In this document: piece by piece, positions 1 through 12,030 of the stretch | How the letters are laid out: each line of letters opens with the position of its first letter | Numbering within the stretch: position 1 is the first letter of the stretch | Origin: Octopus sinensis | Lineage: Eukaryota | Direction: 5' to 3' | Assembly (NCBI RefSeq): GCF_006345805.1 | Contig: NC_042998.1 | Location: 164,114,001-164,178,000 of the forward strand | Length of the DNA: 64,000 nucleotides | Made by a program: the position numbers and the translations under genes | Notes under the pieces: generated by a model | What the model was told of the DNA's origin: nothing | What the model saw: the letters and a program-made list of their open reading frames with translations, nothing else | The model's database searches: none

Positions 1-1030
1 ATCATCCTTTTATAATTACCATCATTATCGATGACTTCCTTCCATCTTCTCAGCAGTGTTATAATTTCTTTGGTGAAGGCTCTTTTGACTTTGATGAAAA
101 GAAAGAGAGGTTACTTTCGACCTCTCTGAGGCTTTTCAGTACTAATCCATCTAAATGATTCTGTAAGCTTCGAAACAAATGTTAATCAAGAGCGAGGTCC
201 GGAGAATAAGCCAGGTGAGGGAATTTTTTCCAGCCATGTTGCTCGATTTTCTTTTCTGATGTAATCTTTGCAATGTGGGGCCTTGCATTATCATGATGAA
301 ATACCACTTCCTTACGATTCGCCGAAGCAGGCTTATTTTCTTCAAAGCAGCATCCAAACGCTCTAATTGTTGGAAATAAGTGTGAAGAGTAATTGTTGCA
401 TTCGTTGATAACAGCTCAAAGTGGATGACTCCAGTGCAATCCCAGTAAACAGAAAGAATAACCATTTTTGCATGGAGGTCTTTTTGGGTTGTAATTTGTT
501 CTCCACTATTAAATCATTGTTGCATCGATTAACATTTTCATAAAAAATCCATTTTTCATCACCAGTCATTATTCTGTCCAAATATGGGGAAATACTTTCA
601 CGAGAGTGAAGAGATAAGCGGATGTCCACTCGTGATTTTTGGTTGGCTTCTGTGAAATTTTGGGGAACCCATTTTCCGAGTGTGGGTATCTTTCCAAGCT
701 GTTGAAGAATGATGGTGAACAGTTGAATGGCTTGAATTAAGCTTGCTTGCCAATTCCTCATCTGACACAGCATTATCCTACTCAAGTTCTAACAAAAGAA
801 GCTCATCATCAAATTCAAAAGGATATCCTATTCATTGTCACTCTCTTAGATTGAATCACCATTTTTGAACTTTGCAAACTATCTACTGCAACTTCTTTCG
901 TTCAAGTACTCTTCTCTATCAATAGAATGGATATTTCGGTTTGCTTTTATTGCACTGTTTCCCTTTTTGAACTCATAAAGTATTATGTACCTTAAATGCT
1001 CCGTCGATATGTACATGTTTGTGGGGTTAA
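1..1030 (-). mobile_element. Mariner (DD34D-type) transposase relic, frameshifted; left end probably outside the window
   Basis: The minus strand gives the N-terminal HLRYIILYEFKKGNSA, then LGKWVPQ, IMTGDEKWIFYEN (first D), HDNARPH (second D, ~280-300), YSPDLALD (~190-215) and the C-terminal RRWKEVIDNDGNY. It has multiple stops and frameshifts. Confidence 0.9.
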
Positions 1031-1419
1031 TATTGGTAATTAATTTAATCATATTCTTCTGTAAGAAGAAATTATATTAAGTTAAAGGTTCCCAAATTGA
1101 TATGAGTAGCATCAATACCAGTTGACATTTTAGAGTGCTATAAAATTTGAGAGAAATTACATATATGATATTTCGGACATTATTTATGGGATGGCCTGGC
1201 ATATGGCTGCCGGATAAGAGAAATATGTAATTGTATATAGGTGGGGATAGGAGAAATAAATCACTGCATATATGCGTTGGATGCATAGGTGAAATATGTA
1301 ATTTTATGTATATATTGAGCAGATAAGAGAAATATTTCACTGTATGTATCTGTCGGAAGGATAGGGGAAAATATAGCCAAAGTATAAGACAAATGGACAG
1401 GAGAACTACATTATATAGA

Positions 1420-1745
1420 GGTGAAGGTGCATGGCTTAGTGGTTAGAATGCTACACTCACAACCGCAAGATCTTAGTTTCAATTCCCGGGATGGACAGAA
1501 CTATAGTGGTGAAGGCACATGGCCTAGTGGTTAGAATGTTGCACTCACGATCGCAAGATTTTGGTTTCGATTCCCGAGCGTGCGTTGTGTTTTTGAGGAA
1601 ATCACTTCCTTTCACGTTTCTCCAGTCCTGTCAGCTGCAGATCAGCAACCCTACGACGGACTTCGGTTTTGTTCAGGGGGAACGTTGAGACAGCATGGAA
1701 ACCGGATAGACAACCCTATGGGTTTTCGGACTCGCCACTGTGCTT
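1420..1745 (+). mobile_element. tRNA-head SINE with a locally duplicated head and a V-domain-like body
   Basis: Two heads with A-box/B-box-like motifs (TGGCTTAGTGG...GTTTCAATTCCC at ~1433-1488; TGGCCTAGTGG...GTTTCGATTCCC at ~1519-1575). They are followed by GCAACCCTACGACGGAC...CAGGGGG...GGAAACCGG, which resembles the V-SINE central domain as I recall it. Confidence 0.65.
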
Positions 1746-2175
1746 CCATAGGTGCGGATATGAGACGCAATAGAGACTCAGACAGAATTGATTTTTGTCC
1801 AGTTTACTTTACCCTTCATCGTTCTTGTGGTAGAAAAAAGAATTACTACTAAGATCGATGCAAAGAAGCTGGAATTGACCATTATGCAATATAAGTACGA
1901 GCATAGAAATCAAGAAAAATGTAATACCTCAGAGTACACGATGGCTTAAGTGGCTGTAACTTCGAAGTCATTGTCAACAACATTCTTGTTTGGGAACAAT
2001 AAATTTGTACTCGACTAAATTATAGGGTAACCCACCAGATTAACGCCATGTCATTTTTACTATAACTGAACTTATAAACAAACACACACACACATGCACG
2101 TACACACACACACACACACACGCACGCACACATGCACACACACACCGCGCGCGCACATAGATATATGTGTATGTA

Positions 2176-2222
<47 letters not shown>

Positions 2223-2301
2223 CTGTGGCAGGTTTACATGCGGTTGTATGAGTAGTAAATTATAAACTTTTAATGAATATAATAAATATAATGAATATAG
2301 T

Positions 2302-2477
2302 AGGTGCAATCACAGCTGTGTGGTTAAGGAGCTGGCTTTGCAACCATGTGCCTTCGGGTTCAGTCCCACTACGCGACACCTTGGGTAAGTGTATTCTACT
2401 AAATCTTCGGTCAACTAATGCCTTATGACTGAATTTGATAGGCGGAAACTGTGCTAGGAAGCTCACCGAATACATAT

Positions 2478-2517
<40 letters not shown>

Positions 2518-2700
2518 TGTGCTTGTGTGTGTGTGTGTGCTTGTGTGTGTGAATTTGTTTATCCCCAACCAACGCTTGACAACCGGTGTTGGTTTGTTTA
2601 TGTTCCTGTATCATAGCTGTTAGGCAAGAGACACCGATAGAATAAAATCCCTCCAAGGTCCAGCATGGCTGCAGTCCAATGACCGAATCATGCGAAAGAA
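2302..2700 (+). mobile_element. SINE family A (tRNA head, CORE-like CACCTTGGGCAAGT, internal microsatellite, GTAAAAGA tail), diverged copy
   Basis: Colinear with the better-preserved copies at 24237-24622 and 48891-49307. Confidence 0.85.
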
Positions 2701-3136
2701 GATAAAATAAAAATAAAGATGTGTTGAAAATTCTTCCTTCTTCACATTCTTGTCATAAGCATACAGTTTGCGTATAATGCTTATTAGTTTTTGATGTTCA
2801 ATAAAAAATATTATGCAACAAACATCTATATTTAATGTAGACGTGGCCTTTTGTGGGAATAAAATTGAATTTTCAGCCAGTTATTCCATGTTCAGTTCTT
2901 CTTATGTCTTGTTGGATAAGCAGCCACCGGTTGGAGAGCTACCATTTTTCGGAACTCTTTTTAAGGCCTTAATCTGACCATAGATGTTATACTAATTTAG
3001 AAAGCGTTGTTTTAGAACATGTATGTATAAGTGTGTGTGTGCGCGCGCGCGTGTATGTCTTTCTCTCTCTCTCTCTCGTTCTAAATATACACAAACACTC
3101 ACACACACACTCTCAGACACACAGACACACATATAA

Positions 3137-3167
<31 letters not shown>

Positions 3168-3386
3168 CATACATACATACATACACATACATACATACAT
3201 ACATATATACATACATACATAAAGAGATGTAATACATTAAAACGAGATTGTGACATTGTGAGATTGTGTGTGTAACAGATAAATCGCGTCTATGTATATA
3301 CGTAGACACATATAGATATATTATATATATATTTATATGTGTGTGTATGCATATATATATATATATGTATGTATAATTATGTATAA

Positions 3387-3439
<53 letters not shown>

Positions 3440-3547
3440 TATACATATATATATGAATATACTGATTTAGTTGTCACAATACTTGAACTGTGGACGCGCT
3501 GAATACATCATTTAAATTTATATTTCTACACACACACACTTACGTAG

Positions 3548-3579
<32 letters not shown>

Positions 3580-3600
3580 TATATGTGTGTGTGTGTGTGT

Positions 3601-3648
<48 letters not shown>

Positions 3649-4269
3649 ATTCCGTATGCATTAGACTGCTGTCTATACAGATGTGTGTGTGTCTGCGTTT
3701 TCTACTTTGCTTAGTTTTCTCTTTATAAGCGTTTGGAGTGGAAGATATGAGTGGGCACGTAACGAAGGGCATTTCAGCTGTCAAAAGGACAACCAGCAAC
3801 AGATAATATAATGGCAAATATTTAACAACTTACTACTGAAATATACGCAAATGCCACCGATTCTCCTTCAAATTCTACTACCATCAGATGTCACTAATTA
3901 TCTCCGTAGTTATCTTACTATGATTGCTGCTTACAAGTAGCAAACGACGGATGAATCCATTCTTACCACCACACACTCACACCAAATACACAACCAATCA
4001 CACATCACTATTAACATCACTGTCATTATTAGCATTATCATCATTATCAAGATCGACATCTGAATCGACCATCATCATTATCATAATTAAAATTTACACA
4101 GTTACCACCAGCCAAAAATTGGGCTTTCATATGTTCGTTCGATTTGCAATAAATAACAGCTAAATCTCCTTCGAATTACATCCGGACCGTCTTAATGAAA
4201 GGAAGAACACATTCAATTAAACGATTAGGCAGATCTAGTCTGTGGCAATACTTAGTCCGGCTCTCAGCT

Positions 4270-4405
4270 CATTTCCCTCTCAGTCCTTTCTATTGAAGAG
4301 CATCGGCTCGGAATGTCAAATACTTTTCCATTCTTCCCGAGTGTTAAACTAATACACCGGCTTGTTCCTTCACCTGCCTTCGTCTTTTGCTTTCTGTAAG
4401 TTTGA
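4270..4405 (+). mobile_element. Penelope-like element 3'/pseudo-LTR fragment with a degenerate hammerhead-like fold
   Basis: Shares AAACTAATACA...CACCTGCCTTCGTCTTTTG with the 3' end of the PLE at 56221-58610 and with 20860-20975 (minus). It contains CTATTGA-A-GAGC(ATCG)GCTC-GGAA-T-GTC. Confidence 0.6.
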
Positions 4406-4439
4406 ACAACACACACACACACACACACACACAACACAC

Positions 4440-4475
<36 letters not shown>

Positions 4476-4489
4476 ACACACCACACACA

Positions 4490-4532
<43 letters not shown>

Positions 4533-4545
4533 TATATATATATAT

Positions 4546-4932
4546 GAGTGGCTGAGTGGTAAGAAGCTTGCTTCCCAACCACATAGTTCAGTCCCACGGC
4601 GTGGCACCTTGGGCAAGTGTCTTCAACTATAGCCTCGGGCCGACCAAAGCCTTGTGAGTACATTTGGTAGACGGAAACTGAAAGAAGCCCGTCGTATATA
4701 TGTTTATATATGTACGTGTGTGTTTGTTATTTGTGTGTCTGTGTTTGTCCCTCCACCATCACTTGACAACAGATGCTATTGTGTTTACGCCACCGTAACT
4801 TAGCGGTTCGTCAAAAGAGAACGATAGAATAAGTACTAGGCGTACAAGGAATAAGTCCTGGCGTCGATTTATTCGATTAAAGATGGTGCTCCAGCATGGC
4901 TGCCATGAAATGACTGAAACAAGTAAAAGAAT
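4546..4932 (+). mobile_element. SINE family A, near full length
   Basis: GTGGCTGAGTGGTAAG head, CACCTTGGGCAAGT, GGAAACTGAAAGAAGCCCGTCG, and 3' CCAGCATGGC...TGACTGAAACAAGTAAAAGA. Confidence 0.9.
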
Positions 4933-4944
4933 AACAGAATATAT

Positions 4945-4982
<38 letters not shown>

Positions 4983-4989
4983 TATATAT

Positions 4990-5034
<45 letters not shown>

Positions 5035-5884
5035 ATAATGTCGCACAAAGTATTGTCGAATGAAGTATATTCATGTAAAGCCACGTTCAGCGCGTTTGAG
5101 TGCACCCGGACGTGAGAAGACCTTCTGTTGCAGAGTTAGTCTTAGGAGAAAATTCTCGCTTTCCGACATGTGTAAAAAACATCAGATGGGTCGTGTATGA
5201 CATCACTGGATTGTAGAACGTACGCATCTGAGTCGCTTCTCCTTGAATTAATTCCACCGAATATGTATTTAAATGCCCTCTGGCATGAGAAGACTTTCTC
5301 GCGTCCAAAGATATTTAAATACATAAGCTGTTGAAAGTAATATCGCTATCATTCGTTCAGAGTCAGAGCCTAGTAAGGACCGTGATTAACAACAGTTCTG
5401 ATTAGTCAAATTCCCTCACGGAATATTTTCCTATCTCAACCAAAGACCAGAACTTTATAAATCCATATTCTAAAAGATGTCCCTATTTCATCTTCACTTC
5501 GCCTATACTTGTCAAGCCAAAAAGATATTTTTCTCGAATTTTCGTCTGATTGGATTCTATGGATATAGATTATATGAGATTACAGGTAACTTCACCGCCA
5601 TTAGTTCATCGTAAGAGAGTTCATTGCCATTAAGTCACGGTGAGGAAAGTTCACCGCGTGTTCACCGAGAAAATATTTCCATACTATCTCACCATTTATA
5701 GTTAAAAATTTTTTTTATTAAAAAAAACCCAATTAATTGATGACGGGGAACTTAGCGGACATATTGATATCGAAATATTTTGCATCTGAAAGAACGGATG
5801 CATTGGTCTTCTCGAGAACTATATTCATTCATTTGGACAATTCCTATTTCAGTTCTTTCCGCATCGATTCTTGCTTCACAGAAT

Positions 5885-5916
<32 letters not shown>

Positions 5917-6155
5917 CCATCTAAATTAGTTTTCCCACGCATATCTCCATAGAAACTCTGGTAAACCTCATGTTTTTTGTTTTCTCTGTAGTTAATAAAG
6001 TTTATATAATGTATGTTGATTTCGTTATTCTTTTATTTCGGTCTAGATTATGTAGATTGTTTTTAGAAACAGTTTTACTTATCTGGCCAGCAAAAGATAG
6101 TTTATGCTTCAATGCAACCCCCGAAGCCGAACTTATTTGATAACCTCACAATAGA

Positions 6156-6300
6156 TATAGATGTTTTCGATCTAGTTAGGATTCTTTGCCATCAAATTTG
6201 AATTCTTTGCAATCAAATTTGATTGCAGAGAATTCAAATTTGATTGCAAAGAATTCAAATTTGATGGCAAAGAATCCAAACTAGATCGAAAATATCTATA
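6156..6300. repeat. 145 bp palindrome (MITE-like) with internal 21 bp repeats
   Basis: Arms of ~65 bp (TATAGATGTTTTCGATCTAG...CAATCAAATTT) match in inverted orientation with 2 mismatches, and both ends are TATA. Confidence 0.85.
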
Positions 6301-6701
6301 ATATGATCCAAGCTACCATAATAATGTTGAGGTTGTCATGGATGGGATTCCGTTGATCATAAGTCCGCTGCTACACAACTAAGCAATAGGAACATCATTA
6401 TCATCGTCACCGTCATGAACGGCATCCACCTCTTCCTCCACATCATCATCATCAACATCATCATCATCATTATCATCATTAATGTAACGCCAATGCCGTT
6501 GCCATTAACAAGACCATCATTATCACCATCAATATTATCACCATTACTATCACCACTAACACCATCGGTATCATCATCACGATCCGACTAATTAATCTTA
6601 AAGTTTTAGAAATATAAGCATTTTCTAATTAAATTACTTCATACGTCTGTTGTGTGTACATATATACTCTTAAACACAAGCACGATGTTAAACACATGTA
6701 A

Positions 6702-6735
<34 letters not shown>

Positions 6736-6790
6736 GCGCGTATACACACACACACGTATATATATGTGTGTGTGCGTGTCTCTGTGTGTA

Positions 6791-6841
<51 letters not shown>

Positions 6842-6994
6842 CTTTTACTTGCTTCAGTCATGATGCGGCACTGCCCTGAACAATTTTAGCCGAACGAATC
6901 GACTTCATTGCTCTTTTCTCTTTTTCTTTTTTGTATATCAGTACTTTTGGTCGAACCACTAAGTTACAGAACGTGAACATACCCAAACCGGTTA

Positions 6995-8483
6995 AAATTT
7001 AATGCTTTTCGAAACTGTAAGGATGATTTAGAAACTTGACTGATGAGAGAAGACTGCGAATGACCCGATCATGTTTTTCCTGTCCGTCTCTGTATTGTCT
7101 ATCTGTCCAAATGTTTTATTGACATCTGTTACGTTCCTGCTCTATTTTTGGGATTTATATATACATATAGCGGCGTACGTACACTTTTTCTCACCTTGTA
7201 AGTATGTATCAAAATTCTGTACGACTTTTTTACTTTTTCGTTTAATCTTCCTCATACTTTAATCATTCTTTCCTCTCTTCTTTTTCTCGCACCCTTCTCT
7301 CACATTTCTTGGCCTTCTTTTTCTTTAATCTTCCTACTTTCCCTACTCGTTTATCTCCCTTTTACCTTTCTCTATGTCTCTTTGATTTTCTCTTTTCCTC
7401 GTTCTTTCCCTATTCTTCTATCCCTGTACCTCTACCTCTCTCCTTTCCTTCTACGTGACTGGTGTTCAGCCAAGCATGATCTTTCTTTCTTGGCTCGACT
7501 GCCAGCTGCGTAGCATCTCTTATATTCCTGTTTCATGACTTTCATCTCTTATGTTCATACCCTATATTTCTGCCTCAAGGCTTTCACTCAACATGCACCA
7601 ATTCAACTTGATTCGTCTTTATTAGTCGAAGAACGCCTGTTGTTATTTTCTTGTTGCTTGTATTTGTAATTGTGTAATATTTTCTCCGTTTCTCCGTTTT
7701 CTTTTTTTTTTTTTTTTGTCTTTGTTGTACACATTCACTTGTTTTCTCCCCCAAAACTTAATGTTCTTAGCTTAGATTTTTGAGGCTAGCAAGATTTGAA
7801 CAGTCTCAAGTGTAAACGGCTGAAATTGTAAGAATGATTTGAAAACTTGACTGATAACAGAAGACTGCGAATAACCCGTCCTTGTTTTTTGCAGTACGTC
7901 TTTTTGTTGTTTTTCCTGACCATCTTTGTATTGTCTATCTGTCCGGGTGTTTTTTGTTATCTGTTGCATTATTGTTCCATTTTTAAATCTCTCTCTGTTC
8001 CTCCCACGTGACCGGTGCTCGGCCAAGCATGATCTTTCTTAGCTTGACCACTGCTCGCACAACACCTTAGTTTCCTGTCTCTTGACTTTCATCTACGTTT
8101 GTTGCCATAAGGCTTCCACTTCACACGCGAGCTTAACTTGAATTCTCCTTTTAGTCGAAAGACACCTGTTGTTATTCTTGTTGTTTGTATTTGTAATCGT
8201 ATAACATTTTCTCCTTTTTCTCGTTTTTTTTTGTCTGTGTTGTCGCACATATTCGCCCGCTTGCATCCCAAAATTTAATGCCCTTAGCTTAGATTTTTGG
8301 GGCCTACCAATTTTGAACAGTCTCAAGTGTAATAGGCCGAAATTGTAGTGATAACTGGAAGCTTGACTGATGAATAGAAAGCCATGAATGTTCCGTCCTG
8401 ATTTTTCTGTCCGTCTTTCTATCGTCCATCTCTCCGTATGTTTTTATTGTTGACCGTTACGTTCTAGTTCCGTTTTGGGGATT

Positions 8484-8490
<7 letters not shown>
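6995..8490. repeat. Diverged direct repeats of an unclassified ~500-550 bp interspersed element (two near-complete units plus one partial)
   Basis: CACGTGAC..GGTG.TC.GCCAAGCATGATCTTTCT starts units at ~7451 and ~8004. TTGAACAGTCTCAAGTGTAA and ACTTGACTGAT...CTGCGAAT recur at ~7035, ~7800-7870 and ~8315-8390. Another copy lies at ~17700-17820. Confidence 0.75.
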
Positions 8491-8522
<32 letters not shown>

Positions 8523-8820
8523 GGCTCCTTTCAGCTTCCATCCACTAAATCCACTTACAAGGCTTGGGCTAGTAGAAGACACTTGCCCAAGGTACCACGC
8601 AGTGGGACTGAACCCAGAACTATGTGATTGGGAAGTAAATTTCTTAACACACAGCCACGCTTACGCCTACACATATAAAAACCCACACACACCTATACAC
8701 ATATATACATACATGTTTTCGTACGAATACATGTACACATATATGTACGTATACATACATATATATATATATATAATATATATATATACACATACATACA
8801 TACATACATACATACATACA

Positions 8821-8853
<33 letters not shown>

Positions 8854-9564
8854 TCACACATATCCATCACACACACCACACATACACAACAACACTACAA
8901 ACCTCAAAGCCACACACACTCACACACAAACCTAACGTAAACACGAACATACAACAGTTACTGAACTATTTCGTTATCTTGTATTGTTCGTGTCGACTAC
9001 ATCTGTCTGATGTGTTTATTGATAATTGGTTTGTTTCTAGTTTGGGTATAGTTTACATTCAGTTTAATTCGATATGTTGTGGAGTAGTGTATTTCCACAA
9101 TATAACACTGGTCCCATTATTCGCTCGAATTATACATGGTTCGTCCGACATTTGTGGATATTTTGTTATCGTTTTATGTATAGCATTCTTACACCGTGTG
9201 TTTGTTTTTAATTGCCTGATATTTTGTTTATGTCTTAGAGAAGAAAGGGACCAACGTCTGTTGCTGATTACTTTTGTTTTGTTTGTTACTTTTTTTTTTT
9301 TGTTTCTTCTTTTCTTTTTCTGTCCGCGAATTGCTTGGGAAAGCATGGAAGAAATCACAACTCTTGTGTTATATCCCAATCTGGATGCCTGGTCAGAGAG
9401 CTTTCAGCAATTTAACGGATTCCGGTAAAGGCTCCAAGAGCCAGGCAATGGCTGTTTCAAACGCCTGGCGAATTAAGTTTTCAACTTCTTTCAAGTTATA
9501 TCGCTAATGCAAGGAGCAAGTTTTCTGGATGTTTTTTTTTTTTTTGCTTTGTTTTTGTTTACGT

Positions 9565-9900
9565 GGCCGTGTGGTAAGAAGTTCACTTCCCAACCACTTG
9601 ATTACAGGATCAATCTCACTACATGACGCCTTGCACAAGTGTTTTCTACTATAGCGTTGGAACGACCAAAGCCTTGTGATTGAATTTGGTTGGCGGAAGC
9701 TGAAAGAAACCTGGCGCGTATAGATGTATTTGTGTGTGTGTGTGTGTTTACGTCTTTGTAACTTAGCGGTCCGGCAAAAGACACGGATAGAATAAACACT
9801 AGGCTTTAAAAAATATGAAACAGGGTTAATTCATTCGACTAAAATTCTTCAAGGTGGTGCCCCAGCATGGTCAGAGTCTAATGACTGAAACAAATAAAAG
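9565..9900 (+). mobile_element. SINE family A, diverged
   Basis: Head, CORE-like box and TGACTGAAACAAATAAAAG tail. Confidence 0.8.
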
Positions 9901-10084
9901 ATATGTACTTTTGAAGAGGTTTGTTTTCTTTTCTCTGTTGTTCTTCAAAATGTTTTATTTGAGTTGGGAAATGAATGAAATGCCTGGTATGTGTCTTGCT
10001 GTGGCTATCCACTCCTAAAAAAATGGGGAATAGGCCTGGGTGTGTATATCGTTTTCTTTTTTTACCCACCTCGCCTCAATTGAA

Positions 10085-10470
10085 ACCAGGAAACTTGCTC
10101 CTCAACCACATAGTTCCAGTTTCAGTCCCACTGCATGGCACCTTGGACAACTATCTTCTACTATAACCTCGAGCCAACCAAAGCCTTGTGAGTGGATTTG
10201 ATAGGTACACGGAAACTGAAAAAAGCTCGTTGTATATATGTGTGTGTGTGTGTGTGTGTCTTTGTGTCTGTATTTGTCTACACCACCACCACTTGACAAC
10301 CGCTGCTGGTGTGTTTATGTCCCCGTAACTTAGTAGTTTGGCAAAAGGGACTGATAGAATAAATACAAGGCTTTAAAAAGAAATAAATCCTGGGGTTGCT
10401 ACATTCGACTGAAAATTCTTCAGCGTGGTGACCCACCATGGCCAGTCTAATGACCGAAATAGGTAAAATA
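10085..10470 (+). mobile_element. SINE family A, diverged
   Basis: CACCTTGGACAA, GGAAACTGAAAAAAGCTCGT and 3' ATGACCGAAATAGGTAAAA. Confidence 0.8.
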
Positions 10471-10865
10471 TAAATATATATTGAACACACCCGGTATTGC
10501 CTTTTGGTAATATTGATACATTTCCTAGATGCGGATATCAATTTTAAAAGACTAAGCGTCTTGGCTACTGGAGATAAGGTAGAGTAGCTGTTGTGTTGAC
10601 GCAGAAACACGTGTCCACGAGTATCTTCTTATCTCCAGACATTAAGCCTCTCCTATACCCTGATGGCATATCAGCTTTAGATAATCCTTTTTTCTTCAGA
10701 TTATCCCCTCCTCTCTTATGGACCTGATTTCAATAGCCATATGGTAATTTTAATGAACCAATAATATAATGTATGGAATCTGATATATCTGCATTTGTCT
10801 ATGTTGTTCAAATACATACCACGGACACATGTTATATATATATGTGTGTGTATGTGTGTATGTGT

Positions 10866-10900
<35 letters not shown>

Positions 10901-10913
10901 TAGATAGATAGAT

Positions 10914-10961
<48 letters not shown>

Positions 10962-11124
10962 GCAGACAGGTAGAAAATACGTACAAACATACATGCATAC
11001 ATACACACAAGCAGACAGATAGACAAACACGCACACATATCAACATCATCATCATAATCATGATCATTATCATCATCAGATGCATGATGTGGAAGAAAAT
11101 GTCAATATTTAGAATCTTCCTAAG

Positions 11125-11520
11125 GTAGTGAGCCAGCAGAATTAGTTGCACGCCGGGCAAAATGTTTAGCAGCATTTCGTCAGTCTTTACGTTCTGAGTT
11201 GAAATTCCATTGAAGTTAACTTTACTTTTCATCCTTGCGGGGTTGACAAAATAAGTACCGGCTTAGCACAGAAGTCAATGTAATTGACTTATTCCCTTCC
11301 CAGAAATTACTGGCCTTGGGCCAAAATTTGAAGCCAATACTGAAAGTCTTGAAGGCGGTGAGCTGGCAGAGTCATTACCACGCCGGGGAAGATGCTTAGC
11401 GGCATTTCGTCTGTGTTCTGAGTTCAAATTCCGCCGAGGTCGACTTTGCCTTTCATCCTTTTGGGGTCGATAAAATAAGTACCAGTTGAACACTGGGGTA
11501 GATATAATCGATTCATCCCC
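11125..11520 (+). mobile_element. Two adjacent copies of SINE family B (tRNA head, GCCTTTCATCCTTTCGGGGTCGATAAAATAAGTACC central domain)
   Basis: Heads at ~11125 and ~11352 (GGCGGTGAGCTGGCAGA), B-box GAGTTCAAATTCC, and the shared central motif, which resembles the Nin/Deu-type SINE domain from memory. Confidence 0.8.
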
Positions 11521-11646
11521 ACCTGCCCCAAGCAGCCCTTGTGGAAATAATTTGAAATAATTATTTTTGTTTTTATTTTTTTCACAAAAGCATGTTATAA
11601 ACAGCTACACATCACCTATTGTTGTTGTTCTTGATAACATAAAATA

Positions 11647-12030
11647 TCTATATATAAAACTCAACTTGTGTGTCTGTGTGTTTAACTTCCCGGCACATCT
11701 CCTCCTAGCCAATAAATCGTAGAAGCACCAAAAATGGGTCACTTAAAGTTTAGGCGAATGAAAATTGAACTGCACTTTTTCTGTTCCGAAATTCATCTCG
11801 CAGGTGCAAAAATCGATAATGCGTTTGTTTAGGCCTTATCCCATGCATTGATTAGTGAACTTTACTCAGTCATCTGTTTGACATGAACTGTGTTCACCAC
11901 GCGTGCAAGCATGCGTAAATTGCATGAAAAATAAAAAAATCAAGATATAAAAACGAATCGTCCTAAACATTGTAGAAATTCGGCAGAGAAATTAATTTTC
12001 GGGATGTAGCCTGGAGGGTTTTTTCGTATT
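11647..12030 (+). mobile_element. Probable non-autonomous Helitron 5' portion
   Basis: A|TCTATATATAAAA start followed by TGTGTGTCTGTGTG, the same 5' layout as the element at 29432. The 3' end was not found. Confidence 0.45.

Noticed and set aside
1420-1580. Possible tRNA genes (also the heads at 23116, 24237, 49260 and 61290)
   Set aside because: They have A/B-box-like motifs but no complete cloverleaf or acceptor stem, and each runs into a SINE body.
2715-2990. Possible Tc1/mariner relic (QQD-like and WP-like words on the minus strand)
   Set aside because: The motifs are too degenerate to support by eye.
7038-7075. Hammerhead ribozyme in the 6995-8490 family (CTGATGA...GAAT...TC)
   Set aside because: GAAT replaces GAAA in all copies, stem II is out of register, and there is no complementary stem I.
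8960-9510. ORFs 8979-9428 (+) and 9059-9379 (-) in unique sequence
   Set aside because: No recognisable domain, and the frames are kept open by T/A-rich low complexity.
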